Positions 48,425 through 62,141 of a stretch of 64,000 nt of DNA are shown piece after piece. Positions within the stretch are counted from its first letter, which is position 1. Each line of letters opens with the position of its first letter. A program made the position numbers and the translations under genes. The notes below the pieces were generated by a model, which made no database searches, was not told the DNA's origin, and saw nothing but the letters and a program-made list of their open reading frames with translations. Origin of the DNA: Octopus vulgaris. Lineage: Eukaryota. Location: positions 100,688,001-100,752,000 of the forward strand of contig OX597823.1 of the NCBI GenBank assembly GCA_951406725.2, read 5' to 3'.

Positions 48425-50103
48425 AGCATTGTGTACATGTGTATGTATTTACATGTGTATTTGTTTTTATATATATATATATGTGTGTGTGTGTTGTGTG
48501 TGTATATGTGAGTACATTGTTTGTGTGTGTGTGCGGTATGTAGAGATATATTTGAGTGTGTACGCTATAGGTTTGTATTTTGTGTGTGTGGGTGTGTGTG
48601 TGAATTTTATATATATATGTGTGTGTATATGTGTGTGAAAAAATATATGTATGTGCATGTATGTATGTATGTATATGTATATATATATGTGTGTGTGTAT
48701 GTGTATATATATTTGCATGTATATGTGTGTATAAACATGTGCATTATTTGCATGCGCATTGTGTATATGTATATTGTATGTATGTGTATTGTATATGTAT
48801 GTGTACAATTAAGTGTATATATGTGTGTGTATGTGTGCATTGTATATATGTATATTGTAGGTGTGCTATATATGCATGAATACATGTATATACATTGCGT
48901 GTATATATATGTATGCATTGTGTATGTATGTTATGTGTGTGTGTGTCTATATATATTATATGTATGCGTACGTGTATGTGTATGCATTGTATGTATATTG
49001 TGTGTATATGTGGTATATCTATGTATGTGTATGTAAACACTATTTATATGTATATATGTATATATGTATATGCATTGTCTATATATATATATATTATATG
49101 TATGTATTGCGTATGTATATTGCATGCATATATTGTGTATGTGTATTATATACATGCTGTGTATGTGTATTGTATGTGTATATATATGCTAGGTGTATTT
49201 GTGTGATATTTATATTATGTATATATGTGTGCGTGTGTTGTGTGTGTGTGTGTGTGTGTTGTGTGTGTATGTGTTATATATGTGTGTATATTATATATAA
49301 ATACATGTTATATTTGTGTGCTGTGTGTATATATTATATATGTGGGTGCGTTGTGTGTGTGTGTATGTGTGTGTTGTGTGTATGTGGTGTGTGTTTGTAT
49401 ACTATGTGTGTGTGTGTTGTTGTTGTTGTGTGTGTGTGTATATATGTGTGTGACAAACAGACGCTGTCTGACCAGCAGGCACACGGACACATCTATTCAC
49501 ACCCGCATACTCACCTCCCAATAACCCCAAAATCACTGATACTTGAAGGGGAAGTATAAACCAAACTGGGTACACATCCTTTTTTTTTTTTCTCTCAATT
49601 CAACTTTTCTGCTAAAACAAACAGGTCAGTAAAAAACAAATTCTCGCCTTCGATTCAAAATATTCTGAGATGTCTAAAATATCCATTTTAATTTTCTCTG
49701 TCAATATTACAAGCTTTCTCACCAAACTATTACACTTCCTTATGTCTTTAACATGTCCTTTCTACCAAAGACTGTATATATATACATGTAATGTGACAAT
49801 TTGCGACAACCAATAATTAACGCAACCAAATTTCCAATAATATATTTGTTTTATTCTTTTCTGCCAATTTTTCCAAATATTCTCATCACACTATTGAACT
49901 TTTTTATACTATATTTATACATGTAATGTGACAATTATGTATAAAAAAACATTTTTGAATTCATAATATTCAATGTGACAATTATGTAAAAAACTTTTTT
50001 TGAACCCATAATATTCAATGTTACTTTTGACAATCTTTTACCAAAGAGTGAAACCGGTTAAGTAAATAAACATCGTTTAAATTGCATTTTCAAACCTTTT
50101 TTC

Positions 50104-50109
<6 letters not shown>
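46666..50109 (+). mobile_element. Inverted, 5'-truncated second copy of the same PLE (RT C-half, GIY-YIG, 3' region)
   Basis: Reverse complement of 41277-44712. Protein identical from LIVSFDVINLY to RPQLNIL (to 48060). A few SNPs and slippage differences in the non-coding part. Confidence 0.95.
50021..50065 (+). ncRNA. Type I hammerhead motif with U3-A8 core (mirror copy 41321-41365 on minus)
   Basis: ttactt-TTGACAA-TCTTT tacc AAAGA gt-GAAA-CCGG-TT-aagtaa, at the 3' end of an RT-encoding PLE. Confidence 0.68.
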
Positions 50110-50164
<55 letters not shown>

Positions 50165-50199
50165 CATATATATATATATACATATATATATACACATAT

Positions 50200-51948
50200 A
50201 TGTTCGTTGGCTATGTTGAGGCCCAAATATTCTCTAATTTCACTGGTCCCACTCCTGAACTATATGGTCGTTACATTGACGACATTATCGGTGCCACCTC
50301 ACTCTCCCGTGAACATCTAGATTCCTTCCTCTCTTTCGTCCAATCTTTCCATCCAGCCCTCCACTTCACTTCCACTATCTCCAACACCTCTGTCTCCTTC
50401 CTCGACATTTCGGTTAGCATTCTTCACTCCACTCTTACCACCTCCATTCACTACAAACACACAGACTCACACTCATACCTCAACTTCTCTTCCTCCCACC
50501 CAGAACACACCAACCTTTCCATCCCCTATTCCCAATTCCTCCGTCTACGTAGGCTCTGTAGTGACGACCATGACTTTGAGACTCAGTCTCAACGTATGGC
50601 TCACCACTTCACCCTACGTGGATACCCCCTCACCACTATCCACACCGCCCTTGCCAGAGCACGGTCCGTGGACCGTGTATCTGCTCTCTCTCCCCGAACC
50701 CGCCCTGTAGTCTCCCGCCTCCCTTTTCCCCTCACTTACCACCCCACGACACTACCTCTCCAATGCACCATTCTTCGAGCTTTCCGTCATCTCCAGTCCG
50801 ACCCGTCCACTTCACACCTCTTCCCTAACCGACCCCTCCCCTCTTTCAAACGAGCCCACAACCTTCGAGACCTTTTGGTCCATAGCTCCTTCCCTGACCC
50901 TACCTCCCAACCCAGCTCGTTCCCCTGCTCCCGCCCACGTTGCCGCACTTGCCCTTACCTCTCCAACACCACCCTCCTCACTAGCACCCATCATCGACCC
51001 TATCCCATCATCCACTCCTTCACCTGCACCTCCAGCAATATTATCTATTGCGTCTCTTGCTCTCTCTACCATTCCTTGTACATCGGACAAACGGGACGCC
51101 GCTTGGCTGACCGGTTCGCGGAACACCTTCGTGACATCCACCTTGCGAACGACACACCAGTCTCTCGCCATTTCCGCTCCACCGGTCACTCCTTGCAACA
51201 CCTATCTGTGTTCGGTTTGTCCTTACACAGAGGCCATCCGGATTCCCGTTTGCGCCGTGAACAGGAATTAATCTTCTCTCTTCGCTCTTATACGCCATTT
51301 GGTCTCAACTCTCCCCCTCCTCACCTACCGTTCCCCCCGACCCCTACTTCTTCAGTCCTTCATCCTTTCCCCCTACTCCCCTTCCCTTCTTCCCTCTTTC
51401 TCCCTCCCTCCTTCCCTCTTCCCCTTCCCTCTGCTCCCTCACTCCCCTTCTCTCTCCCCCTCTCCCTCTTTCCTCCTCCCCTCCTCTCTCCCCCCCTCTT
51501 CTCCTCTCTTCACACTACACCACACGACTTTACACATCACATCATATATGATGTGCCATACTAATACATACACCAACCCTATACATACACACGTCCAGAC
51601 CTCTCATATGCACTAATACTCTCTCATACACACACACACACACCCTCATGTTGGAGCTGGTCACTCAACCCTATTATCTCCCCTAATTTCGCTCTCGCGT
51701 CTCATGTTTGATCTTTGACTTCTGGCTGAAATCAGATCGCCATGTTGGTTCGTTAGTTACTGCACGCATTTTTTTCTCTCCTTCTTTCTGTGTTTTTTTC
51801 TCTCTGTGTATCTTTCTGTTGAAGAGCGTAGGCTCGAAACATTAAAGACTTGTTTTATTTATATTTCCTGAGCGCCATACTAATACAATTGTTTGTTTGT
51901 TTTCCACCTGCCTTCGTCTTTTGTCTATTTTCATAAAGCTTCCCGTTA
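50200..51948 (+). mobile_element. Neptune-like PLE, 5'-truncated (RT C-part and GIY-YIG, coding to about 51320; ORF runs on to 51564)
   Basis: YGRYIDDI, VSFLD, YKHTDSHSYL, SIPYSQFLRLRRLCS, CSRPRCRTC, NIIYCVSCSL...YIGQTGRRLADRFAEH. Both ends lie in (TA)n. Confidence 0.92.
51811..51848 (+). ncRNA. Minimal hammerhead-like motif, A6U core, probably decayed
   Basis: tcttt-CTGTTGA-a-GAGC gtag GCTC-GAAA-CA-TT-aaaga in the PLE 3' pseudo-LTR. Confidence 0.55.
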
Positions 51949-51999
51949 TATATATATATATATACACATACATACATATATATATATGTATATATATAC

Positions 52000-52030
<31 letters not shown>

Positions 52031-54659
52031 CATATACATATATATACATATATATATATATATAAAAATATATATATATATATATATATACATACATACA
52101 TATATATATATATGTACATATACACATACATATAGATATTGCATATGTTTATTTTGAATGATGAAGTATATTTTGTATTTATATGATAATATATTTTGGA
52201 TAATGAAAAGTTTTTATTGCTACAGTCATTTAACAAAACTACTTCATTATTCTGTGGTTTACACAACCACTTGCATGCACTCCCCCCCCCCACTGTTTCA
52301 TTAAAGAATATGTCTGCCTTTATTGATAAACAGAAAAAAGTTTATCATGAATGCCTAGTTTTATACTTTTCATAATGGAATGACTGTAAAGCAACAGTTA
52401 ATGCATGTACATATGTGTGTGTGTGTGTGTGTGTTTATCTGTGTTTGCTTGTGTATAGGTATTGATATATAAACAAAACAAACACATAGTTTACACAGAG
52501 GCAGTTATATGAACATTTGTACGCCGGAATTTGTGTCTGTAAATCTGTGTGTGTGTGCCTTTCAAAAATAAGTCCAAAGCAATAACATTTGACTAGAAGA
52601 ATACATGACAAATCCAGTGACAACTAATTAAAAATATTTCACTTTGGCTGTTTTTTTCCTCCTTTTATTTGTTGCTGTCTTTCATGTTTTCCTATCTAAA
52701 AATATAGAAAAGTGAGAACCAAAGAACTCAGCTTTCCAGTGCCGTTAAAGAATGTATCCATTTCATATATTGCATAAACAAAACTATCTTCTTTGTCTCT
52801 TAGAAACCTAACAAAAGATTGGTTATCATAGAAAAATCCTATTTTTTCATTTGTCAATGTCAAAATAAAATAAAATAAAAAAGCTACATAGAACTATTGA
52901 TATCTAAAGAATTCATTAAGATTTTGTGTGAGAATAAACTTAATTCTAATAAAAATGCTTGAGTTTTCAGTTATTTTTCTAAATTATTTTCTTCTCTCTC
53001 TTTCTTTCTGTAATATATCGAAATGATGTTACATGATGTTCTTTTCGTTGAGAAGGATTTGCATTTCTGTGATTCTAAGCAAAATACTGAAGATAGCAGA
53101 AGGTAGATTTACTTATGAGCGGCAAACAAGCTGTGCATTTATGTGTGTAAGTAGACGTGTGTCAGCATAAGAGAGTATGCATATGGGAGTGTGTATATAT
53201 ATTTGAGTATTGGAGTATATATAGATATATATATTTATGTGTATGTATATATGTGTAGTGGGCTAGATTTGATGTGCCATATCAATTTGATATGATGTAG
53301 CCCACTACTGAATGTAGCGTATAGATGTAACGCTTCAAGGTTTTCCCGTCAGAGTAACCAGTGAACATCAAAGAATTAACTCCAAGAAGGAAGAAATGTT
53401 ATTTACATATATTCATTCGTTTACCCGACAGGTTGTTACAGAGACAGTAGCAATTCTAGTGATAGTGACGACAAGGATGACTTGCTGGTTAGTAGTTGAT
53501 CTGTAGAAAAAGGTTGTCTGTTAGTAGAGAGGAAAAGAGTAAGGCAGTCATGGTGCTGACTAGAAAGGAAGAAAAGATAAAGGCAGCATCAACTTTTTTA
53601 TGGCCGAAAGCCTCTCTTCGCATGTCGAGTGAAGGGAAGTGCTGCTCTTGGTTAAGGCTGATGCAAAAGCGGGTGTTGCTCCTTGGTCTGGCTGACACAG
53701 AGGAAGAGATAGAAAATTCTCTGTTATATAGGCTATGGTCAGTAATGTAAGTCAAACCTAAAACAAAGGAGTGACCTTTCCTTGACCAGTACAGGTCCTA
53801 GAGGGTAGAGTGTTTCCTCATCAATCAACTAGTGTAGAGGATTTCCTGCTCGTTTTGACAAGCAACAAGCTGGTGGATTTGGTTTCAAATCTCAGGCAGG
53901 GTCAAGCTAGACCCCGACATATGTATATATACATATATGTTAATTATTGTATGTATGCATATGTATATATATGTGGATGTGCATGTGTACATGTATGTGG
54001 GTTTATCCATTTTTGTGTCTGTGTGGATAACTGTATATACAAACGTATATGCGTAAAGGTGTTTTATCCATTTTACTACTCTTGTTTATCCATATCAAAG
54101 ACCCATGTCAGCTGTTTACAAACAACTTTAATTTCATCTAATAACCCTTTGAGGCCAAACCAGAGTGCCTTCCCCTCCTCTTGCTTTGTTTTCTTCTTCT
54201 TCCTCTTCCTTATACTTCTCCCCTGCTTCCTTCCCCTATCCCAACCCTGTTAATGAGCTCTACATTATAAACTTAAACTTTTCACTCTCAGGCTGAATTT
54301 AGGTGAGTCAAGTCATCTGGCACAATGTCCTTTTTCTTGAGAAGTTCTAATTGTTAATTCTTATCTGTATTTCCCTGATGAAAATGGGTTTTCTGTATGA
54401 TGTAACACTTCTGTTCATCAATAAGAAAACACATCTGAAACAGCTGCGGTGAACTGCAATCCATCTTGGATCTGAAGTCTGTAGTTGATGGTGGAATAGG
54501 TGCAGTGAGTGTCCCCATGTATGACATTGGTGACATGTGTTTTCTGTCAGGTACTTGTGAATGTATGGGTTCACCGTTGCACTATCACCAACCCTTCTTT
54601 GGTGCTTTTACTATTTAAATACCTGATTCTCTTGAATCCTGGAGATTTATATATATATA

Positions 54660-55402
54660 TGGTGTGCTAGAGAAATGACAGCGTTGGTATGGTCATGTGA
54701 TGCATATGGACAAGGACAGCTGTGTGAGGAAGTATTGTACTCTAATGGTGGAGGGAACCTGTGGGAAAGATAGACCCAGGAAGACATGGGATGAAGTGGT
54801 GAAGTGCAACCTCTGAATGTTGGGCCTCACAGAGGCAATGACAAATGACTGAGACCTGTGACGATGCACCATGCTTGAGAAAACCCATCAAACCAAGCGA
54901 GATCAGTTGTGGCCAATTCCAGTGTCATGTAACTGGCCCTTTAAAAGTACCCTTCAATTTTTGGACAATAGGCTGTGCTTGTGAAGACCTGTGAAGCCGA
55001 ATGAAATTGTATTTGTGGCCATTGGCATTGCCAATGCCGTCTGACTAGCACCTGTGCCGGTGCCATATAAAAAGCTCTGATTGAACATTGGGCCTCATGG
55101 AGGCAGTGACAGGTGACTGAGACCTTTGGCGATATACTGTGCTGTGTAGACCTGCCAAGCCCAGTGAAACCGTAGTCGTTTCCGATGTCAGTGTTAGGTC
55201 AATGGTACCCATGCTGGTGGCATGTAAAAAAAAAACCCACTACACTCTCAGCGTGATTGGGATTAGGAAGGACATCCAGCTGTGGAAACCTTGCCAAATC
55301 AGCTCGGAACCTGGTGCAGCTCCCTGGCTTACTAGCTTTCAGTCAAACTGTCCAACCCATGCCAGCATGGAAAACGGATGTTAAATGATGATGCTGATGA
55401 TG
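54660..55402 (+). mobile_element. Degenerate RTE 3' fragment
   Basis: tggtatggtcatgtg...agacccaggaagacatgggatga matches 58333-58445. Ends gttaaatgatgatg. Confidence 0.8.
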
Positions 55403-55413
55403 TTCATATGGCA

Positions 55414-55518
55414 CCATGAGAGAAGAGAGAGAGACAAAATAAACTAGCAAAAAAGATTTTACTGCTAATTTTTTTTTTTGCTAGTTTATTTCGTCTCTCT
55501 CTCTCTCTTCTCTCATGG
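55414..55518. repeat. Small imperfect hairpin
   Basis: ccatgagagaagagagagagac.aaataaactagcaaaaaa / ttttttgctagtttatttcgtctctctct...ttctctcatgg. Confidence 0.8.
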
Positions 55519-56060
55519 CATGATATGAGCATTTAAGGTGGTTTTAAGGTCAGGGTTTTGACTGCTATTTCAGCATGGTGGTATCTCTCAGATACCTTAA
55601 ATTATAGTTTTAAATAATTATTACCTTTGTATGGTATTTATTTCCATGCTGGCCACTTGATAAGATCGATATTATCCTTATTTATAACTTTATATATGTA
55701 TATATATATATGTACATAAATTATTAGAGAGTTATCCACTATGTGGATAACTCTAGTGCTAAAAATAGCTCCGAAGCAACCACAGAAGATCTGTTTCCAA
55801 CTAGAATCAACATACATTTAACGGAAGGAAAGTGAAATACAACGAATAAAATATATATATGTATATATATATATAACTTTATATATGTGTATATATATAT
55901 ATATATATATACATATATATAACTTTATATATGTGTGTATATATATACACACACACACACATATATATATATACATACATACACATATATATATATATAT
56001 ACATACACACACACACACACACATATATATATACACATACACACATATATATATATATAT

Positions 56061-56093
<33 letters not shown>

Positions 56094-56096
56094 CAT

Positions 56097-56143
<47 letters not shown>

Positions 56144-56168
56144 CACACAAACATATATATATATATAT

Positions 56169-56199
<31 letters not shown>

Positions 56200-56298
56200 C
56201 ATACACACATATATATATATATATACGTATATATATGGCGGTGCCCCAGCATGGCCACAGCTTGTGAGCTGAAAATAAATAAAATTTTAAAAAATAAA

Positions 56299-56463
<165 letters not shown>

Positions 56464-56470
56464 TATATAC

Positions 56471-56547
<77 letters not shown>

Positions 56548-56548
<1 letters not shown>

Positions 56549-58665
56549 GGAAGGATGGGGGCAGCAGGGAACTGTACCAGATAGCCAAAAGGGAGGCTGG
56601 GCGGCAGGTATACATTGCCAAAGATGTAGCAGAAAAGAAGAAGTTTGCCAATGTCCAGCGTCGCGAGGATCAAAGAGCTGAAGTATTTCGGATTGCCAGA
56701 CAGTGTGTCAGAGAAAATAGCGATGTTATAGGAGAGAAATGTGTCCGCATGGATGATGGGGCACTTGCTTTTACTACTAGTGAAAAGAAAGAGGCTTGGA
56801 GAAGCCATTATGAAAGACTGCTGAATGAGGAGAATGAATGGGAGGAGGAGAGCCTGCCAAATGTTGACCCAGTAGAGGGACCAGCTACCCGAATAGACAG
56901 CTCCCTTGTAGATAAGGCAATTAAGGATATGAAACCAGGCAAAGCCCCTGGCCTATCAGGAATCACTGCTGAGATGCTTAAAACAGCTGGCTATGTGGGC
57001 CATGCCATAGTCACCCGCATTGTAAACCAGGTAGTTCACAATGGAGCCATACCCAATGACTGGTGCAGCAGCACCATAGTCAACTGCTACAAGGGTAAGG
57101 GTGATGCTCTAGATAGAAATAACTACAGAGGTATCAAACTGTTGGACCAGGTGATGAAGGTCTCAGAGAAGGTCATAACCAAACTCATTAGGGAGAGAAT
57201 TTGTTTAGATGAAATGCAGTTCGGTTTTATACCAGGTAGAAGCACCACTGATGCTATATTCCTGGTCCGACAACTGCAGGAGAAGTACCTAGCTAAAGAT
57301 AAACCCCTCTACATAGCTTTTGTAGACTTGGAGAAAGCCTTTGACAGGGTTCCCCGTTCCCTTATCTGGTGGTCGATGCGGAAACTGGAGATTGAAGAAT
57401 GGCTAATAAGGGCTGTACAGGCTCTATACAGAGAGGCTGTCAGCAAGGTTAGGATTGGCAACGAATATAGTGAAGAATTCCGAGTAGAAGTAGGTGTGCA
57501 CCAGGGCTCAGCCCTCAGTCCCCTTTTATTCATCATAGTCCTTCAGGCAATAACAGAGGAATTCAAAACGGGATGCCCCTGGGAGCTCCTCTATGCCGAT
57601 GACCTAGCTCTCATAGCAGAATCACTACCGGAACTAGAAGAGAAATTTCGGGTGTGGAAGCAAGGGTTGGAATCAAAGGGCCTTAGAATAAATGTAGCAA
57701 AGACCAAAGTATTAGTAAGCAGCAAGAGGTACTCAGCACACATCCCCTCGGGTAGGTGGCCCTGCTCAACCTGTAGGAAAGGTACAGGTAGAAACTCCAT
57801 AAGATGCACCCAATGTAAGTTATGGACACATAAGAGGTGCAGCAACATTAAAGGGAAATTAACAGATAAGATAGCTTTCATGTGCGGCAGATGCACAGGG
57901 ACAATAGACACAACAGACACTCAGAAAACAGATTCCATCACACTCCAGGGAGAGAAACTAGAAGTAGTTGATAGTTTCCGCTACCTGGGAGACCAAGTTA
58001 GTAGCGGAGGTGGATGCACAGAGAGTATCACCACTAGAATACGAATAGCCTGGGCAAAGTTCAGAAAGCTCCTACCCCTACTGGCAACAAAAGGTCTCTC
58101 CCTCAGAGCAAAAGGTAGATTGTATGATGCATGTGTGCGAACTGCCATGCTTCACGGTAATGAAACATGGGTTGTGACTGCAGAAGACATGCGTAGACTT
58201 GAAAGAAATGAAGCTAGCATGATCCGCTGGATGTGTAGTGTCAGTGTGCACGCAAAACAGAGTGTAAGTATCCTGAGAGAAATGCTGGATATAAGAAGCA
58301 TCAGATGTGGTGTGCAAGAGCGACGCTTGCGATGGTATGGTCATGTGCTGCGGATGGATGAAGAGAGATGTGTGAAGAAGTGCCACTCCCAAACAGTTGA
58401 AGGTATCAGGGGGAGAGGTAGACCCAGGAAGACATGGGATGAGGTGGTCAAGCATGACCTCAGAGCATTGGGCCTCACTGAGGCAATGGCGAAGGACCGA
58501 GATCTCTGGAGATATGCTGTGACTACAAAGACCCGGGCTGCTTTCTGCAGCAATTCCACATACCCCCTACCCATTCTAAGTACCCCGGATCCCCAAAGTA
58601 CCCTGGATCCCCAAAGTACCCCGATCCCCAAAGTACCCCGGACCTCGTTGCCCCCGTGCCGCTGA
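56548..58665 (+). CDS. RTE reverse transcriptase (partial) with an inserted PHD-like zinc finger
   Basis: KGKGD...[59 protein letters not shown]...[12 protein letters not shown]...[28 protein letters not shown]. Confidence 0.92.
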
Positions 58666-58903
58666 CACGTTAAAATGCTCGAACCGATCGTGACGATGCC
58701 GGACCCTCCGGCCCCTGTGCAGGTGGCACGTAAAAAGCACCCAATCCACTCACGGAGTGGTTGGCGTTAGGAAGGGCATCCAGCCGTAGAAACTCTGCCA
58801 GATTCAGACTGGAGCCTGGAGCGGCCCCTGGCTTCCCAGACCCGGTCAAACCGTCCAACCCGTGCTAGCGCGGAAAGCGGACGTTAAACGATGATGATGA
58901 TGA
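56548..58903 (+). mobile_element. RTE-clade LINE, 5'-truncated, with (GAT)n tail, in (TA)n
   Basis: Open RT frame, 3' UTR with short tandem repeats near 58580-58640, tail gacgttaaacgatgatgatgatgat. Confidence 0.95.
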
Positions 58904-58925
58904 TATATATGTATATATATATATG

Positions 58926-58990
<65 letters not shown>

Positions 58991-59009
58991 GTATATATAT
59001 ATGTATATA

Positions 59010-59071
<62 letters not shown>

Positions 59072-59072
59072 G

Positions 59073-59103
<31 letters not shown>

Positions 59104-59320
59104 TTTTTATTTTTTTAAATTTTATTTATTTTCAGCTCACAAGCTGTGGCCATGCTGGGGCACCGCCATATATATACGTATATATACGTATATTCAACAA
59201 TAGTATTAAGGAATGACCCTGACAGGCCGTTCAACTCACTTGAAAGAGCAGCTAAACTCAAACCGCAAAATAGTAGTAATTCTGAAACTAAAGGAGAAAT
59301 AAAAACATTTATCCCCTTCA

Positions 59321-59416
59321 ACTTTGTACTATGCATAGTTTCGACGTTTTTACGTAATCGAATTTAATTAAATTAAATTAAATCCGTTTACGATTGGCTT
59401 GTCTCATCAGAAAAGT
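59321..59416 (-). ncRNA. Type I hammerhead, inverted copy with one stem I mismatch
   Basis: Reverse complement of 60250-60345, with actttt instead of actttg. Confidence 0.8.
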
Positions 59417-59959
59417 AGCCAAAGAAAAGGAAAATATATACACACGAGGCAGCACCATCGAAGCTTCGAGTTTATATATCCTAAATTTTCAAAATCCACC
59501 GTAACCGCGCCATCTACTCAGCAGCAAATATAAACTGCTGATACAATTTCAGAATTAGTCAAAAAATCATTAATTAATCAATATAAGGGTAGCAAAAAAA
59601 TTCAAGAAAAATTTTCTGCAACCAGCGGTCAAGTGAGAAAGTAGAAATAGTCACAGACTATATAGTATATTCAACAATAGCATTAAGGAATGACCCTGAC
59701 AGGCCGTTCAACTCACTTGAAAGAGCAGCTAAACTCAAACTGCAAAATAGTAGTAGTCGATTTCGAAAATTTAGGATATATAAACTCGAAGCTTCGATGG
59801 TTCTGCCTCGTGTGTATATATTTTCCTTTTCTTTGGCTACTTTGCTGATGAGACAAGCCAATCGTAAACAGATTTAATTTAATTTAATTAAATTCGATTA
59901 CGTACACACACACACACATATATATATATACACATACACATATATATATATATATATAT

Positions 59960-60099
<140 letters not shown>

Positions 60100-60249
60100 G
60101 TATATATAAACTGCTGAAATTGTATCAGCAGTTTATATTTGCTGCTGAGTAGATGGCGCGGTTACGGTGGATTTTGAAAATTTAGGATATATAAACTCGA
60201 AGCTTCGATGGTGCTGCCTCGTGTGTATATATTTTCCTTTTCTTTGGCT

Positions 60250-60345
60250 ACTTTGCTGATGAGACAAGCCAATCGTAAATGGATTTAATTTAATTTAATT
60301 AAATTCGATTACGTAAAAACGTCGAAACTATGCATAGTACAAAGT
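60250..60345 (+). ncRNA. Type I hammerhead ribozyme, canonical core, extended loop II
   Basis: actttg-CTGATGA-GAC[55 nt]GTC-GAAA-CTATGCATAG-TA-caaagt. Confidence 0.9.
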
Positions 60346-60966
60346 TGAAGGGGATAAATGTTTTTATTTCTCCTTTAGTTTCAGAATTACTACTATTTTG
60401 CGGTTTGAGTTTAGCTGCTCTTTCAAGTGAGTTGAACGGCCTGTCAGGGTCATTCCTTAATACTATTGTTGAATATACATATATATATACATACATATAT
60501 ATATATATATATACATATACATACACACATACAGACACACACACACATATAAAAGGAGAGAGAGAGACATACAGACAGACTACCAGAGAGATAGACAGAG
60601 ATGAATATAGGTCTATCAAATACCATATGAAATAAATTCTTGATTTCTTAAAATTATTTCCACCCTTTGAGGATGTATCATAATTACCGAATGGCAATTA
60701 AGAGCAGCTCCACTGAAGAAGGGAAGATAATATCAAGAGTCAAAAGTATATAGACTTCTCCTTCATAACCTACAACCTGTGTTGAAATCTCTGTTACCTG
60801 TTGTTTAGAAGTATTTAAAAAGAACTAAACTGAACCAACTTACTTTTTTTTTTCCCCTCCTCATAAGTGAACAAAAAGCCCTGATTTGACTAATGAATCT
60901 TGTAGACTATTTCATTTCATTTTATATTTATTTAAGTCCTGATTGATCCTCTCCTTTTATTGTCAA

Positions 60967-61336
60967 CTAGCAGTATCACCCGGTGTTGCTCGGGTTTGTA
61001 AGGGAAATAACTATATAAGCATTTTTAGAGAGTTATAGCCAAAAAATAGCAAAAAAATGCATTAAAAATGGAAAAAAAATGATGGTAAATTTTTTTTTAA
61101 ATCGTTAACTCATCGTAGACATTTTTAGAGAGTTACTTCCCTTATATAATAGCGAAAAAAATGCATTAAAATGGAAAAAATGATGGTAAATTTTTTTTTA
61201 AATCGTAGACTCATCGTAGACACGTGCGCTAATACCCAGAAGGGCTCGATATGAATCATGACTATAAGATAGTGGGAGTAGTTAGGAATCTAAATCGTAG
61301 GAGACAGACACACAACTTGACTTTTATATATAAAGA
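60967..61336 (-). mobile_element. Short non-autonomous Helitron
   Basis: tgtcaA|CTAG...AAAGA|Tgta on the plus strand: an A^T insertion with no TSD in non-repetitive flanks. Confidence 0.9.
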
Positions 61337-61884
61337 TGTATTTGTGTCACTTTCTACCTCGCCATTTCTTTTGCCTCTTTATAATTGTAACCTTGGAATT
61401 GAAATGACAAATGCTATGAGTGATGTCATCTCCTCCATGGACGCCAACTACCTCAGCCAAATGACTGAAGTTGTGAAGATTCCTCAGCTATGTTCAGCCC
61501 CTCACAACAACTTGGGAAGAAACCAGGCCCCTGATCTTGATTTAAAAGCTTGAGAATGATCCTCCTATAATGGATATGGGACTTTCTCCCCCTCCTGGCC
61601 TAGAAGCACCATGAGAATGAGAATGGGATGATCATGAACTGCTTTGGTTAGATGGGGCTACAAAACTGGCCCCAACTATCTGTGAATAATGAGAAGTAGA
61701 CCCTACTACAGAGCATTACCCTGTTTGCTCTCTGCTATCTAACCCCCATAGTACTATAATGGAATGGGTACGCTACAGTACAAAAGACCTTGAATTCAAT
61801 AAAAAGGCAAAGAACTATAAAAAATAGGACACGGTCATAAAACTATCTTGTTTTGAAGGATCAAATTAATAATAACAATAATCC

Positions 61885-62069
61885 TTTCTACTCTAGGCAC
61901 AAGCCCTGAAATTTGGTGTGTGGAGGGGGGACTAGTCGATTACATCAACCCCAGCACTTTATTTCATTGTATTTATTTCACTGACTCAGAACTCAGAACA
62001 TAGCAACAAACGAAATACCACTAAGCATTTCTCCCAGCATGGTAACGATTTTGCCAGCTCTCCGCCTTG

Positions 62070-62141
<72 letters not shown>

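Noticed and set aside
53450-53850. Paired short ORFs 53489..53755 and 53496..53750 as a host exon
   Set aside because: No recognisable domain or clear splice context. More likely a decayed LINE fragment.
54373-54453. CTGATGA...GAAA-CAGCTG hammerhead-like spacing
   Set aside because: The triplet would be GCG, stem II cannot be built and stem I is poor.
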